This document shows, piece by piece, positions 34,455-34,897 of a stretch of 34,897 bases of DNA. Each line of letters opens with the position of its first letter. Position 1 is the stretch's first letter. The stretch lies in contig JAUSHV010000030.1 of the NCBI GenBank assembly GCA_030648495.1, forward strand, positions 1 through 34,897, written 5' to 3'. The stretch is from a bacterium. Its GTDB lineage: Bacteria; Patescibacteriota; Minisyncoccia; UBA11713; 2-01-FULL-45-33. The notes under the pieces were generated by a model. The model saw nothing but the letters and a program-made list of their open reading frames with translations, searched no databases and was not told where the DNA came from. The translations under genes and the position numbers were made by a program.

Positions 34455-34897
34455 TGTTTTAATTGAGGCCAAAGCTTTACTATTTTTTCCTCGTGTTCAG
34501 GGGGCAAAGAGTCGCCGTGGCCTTCGTGTTTGAAAATTTCACGAAGAAATTTTACGGCGTTTTCTTCGTTTGGGTTAGGTTTTCCAAAAAATCGCAGGGC
34601 GATGGAAAAAAGCTCTTCGTCTTTAGAGCCCGGCAAGATAATTTTATCCAAGGTCTGTAAAATTCGCCCTGCGACGGAAATATGTTCAGAATCTAAAAAC
34701 CAATCATCATATCTGCTCAATATTTCGGCATCAGTCAGTGTTGGAAGCCGTTCCCCGTTCTTCACAAAAGAAACCCTGATATGGTTCAAGATATCAATAT
34801 GAGCGTTGAGCTTTGAAGTAGTCTTCCTTGCGCCTTTTGCCAAAATGTCTATTTTTCCAAAATCACGGCTCAAAATCCTTACCAAAAAATCCGCCTC
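34451..34897 (-). CDS. recO: DNA repair protein RecO (5'-partial, short C-terminus)
   Basis: EADFLVRILSRDFGKIDILAKGARK..SKL (RecO N-terminal OB fold); frame open to the window edge. Confidence 0.82.
   Translation of the reverse strand, partial: EADFLVRILSRDFGKIDILAKGARKTTSKLNAHIDILNHIRVSFVKNGERLPTLTDAEILSRYDDWFLDSEHISVAGRILQTLDKIILPGSKDEELFSIALRFFGKPNPNEENAVKFLREIFKHEGHGDSLPPEHEEKIVKLWPQLKQ

Noticed and set aside
319-34802. Many short antisense or alternative-frame ORFs in the track
   Set aside because: They overlap well-supported genes and lack motifs or initiation signals.

Overview
Mostly core-genome segment, probably from a Patescibacteria/CPR (Parcubacteria-like) bacterium. This is inferred from the compact gene set, alpha2-type GlyRS, short RecO and short Rel; TGA is used as a stop codon. 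In order: 3' end of topA, queuosine-salvage hydrolase, Rel/SpoT homologue, parB, tRNA-Leu(CAA), PAP2 phosphatase, folD, glyA, an amino-sugar cluster (yvcK/glmR, split GlmU-like genes, NUDIX, glmS), GDPD, pgsA, leuS, aldehyde dehydrogenase, tatD, metG, AI-2E transporter, M16 peptidase, a small defence islet (AIPR plus a Doc-type toxin-antitoxin pair), ABC exporter, glyS, Ig-like membrane protein, GIY-YIG, GrpB and recO. Five signals stand out. (1) A promoter-driven, multi-stem ~150-nt RNA with a 20-codon uORF and terminator lies directly upstream of the AIPR gene. (2) A HAM1/ITPase-like domain is inserted in the LeuRS editing domain. (3) Short palindromic DNA elements occur both in frame inside leuS and yvcK and between genes. 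(4) A GlmU acetyltransferase-like beta-helix is fused to an Xre/MbcA/ParS antitoxin-like C-terminal domain. (5) A repeat-bounded mini-cassette carries one small membrane gene. All calls come from reading motifs by eye; no database search or folding program was run.
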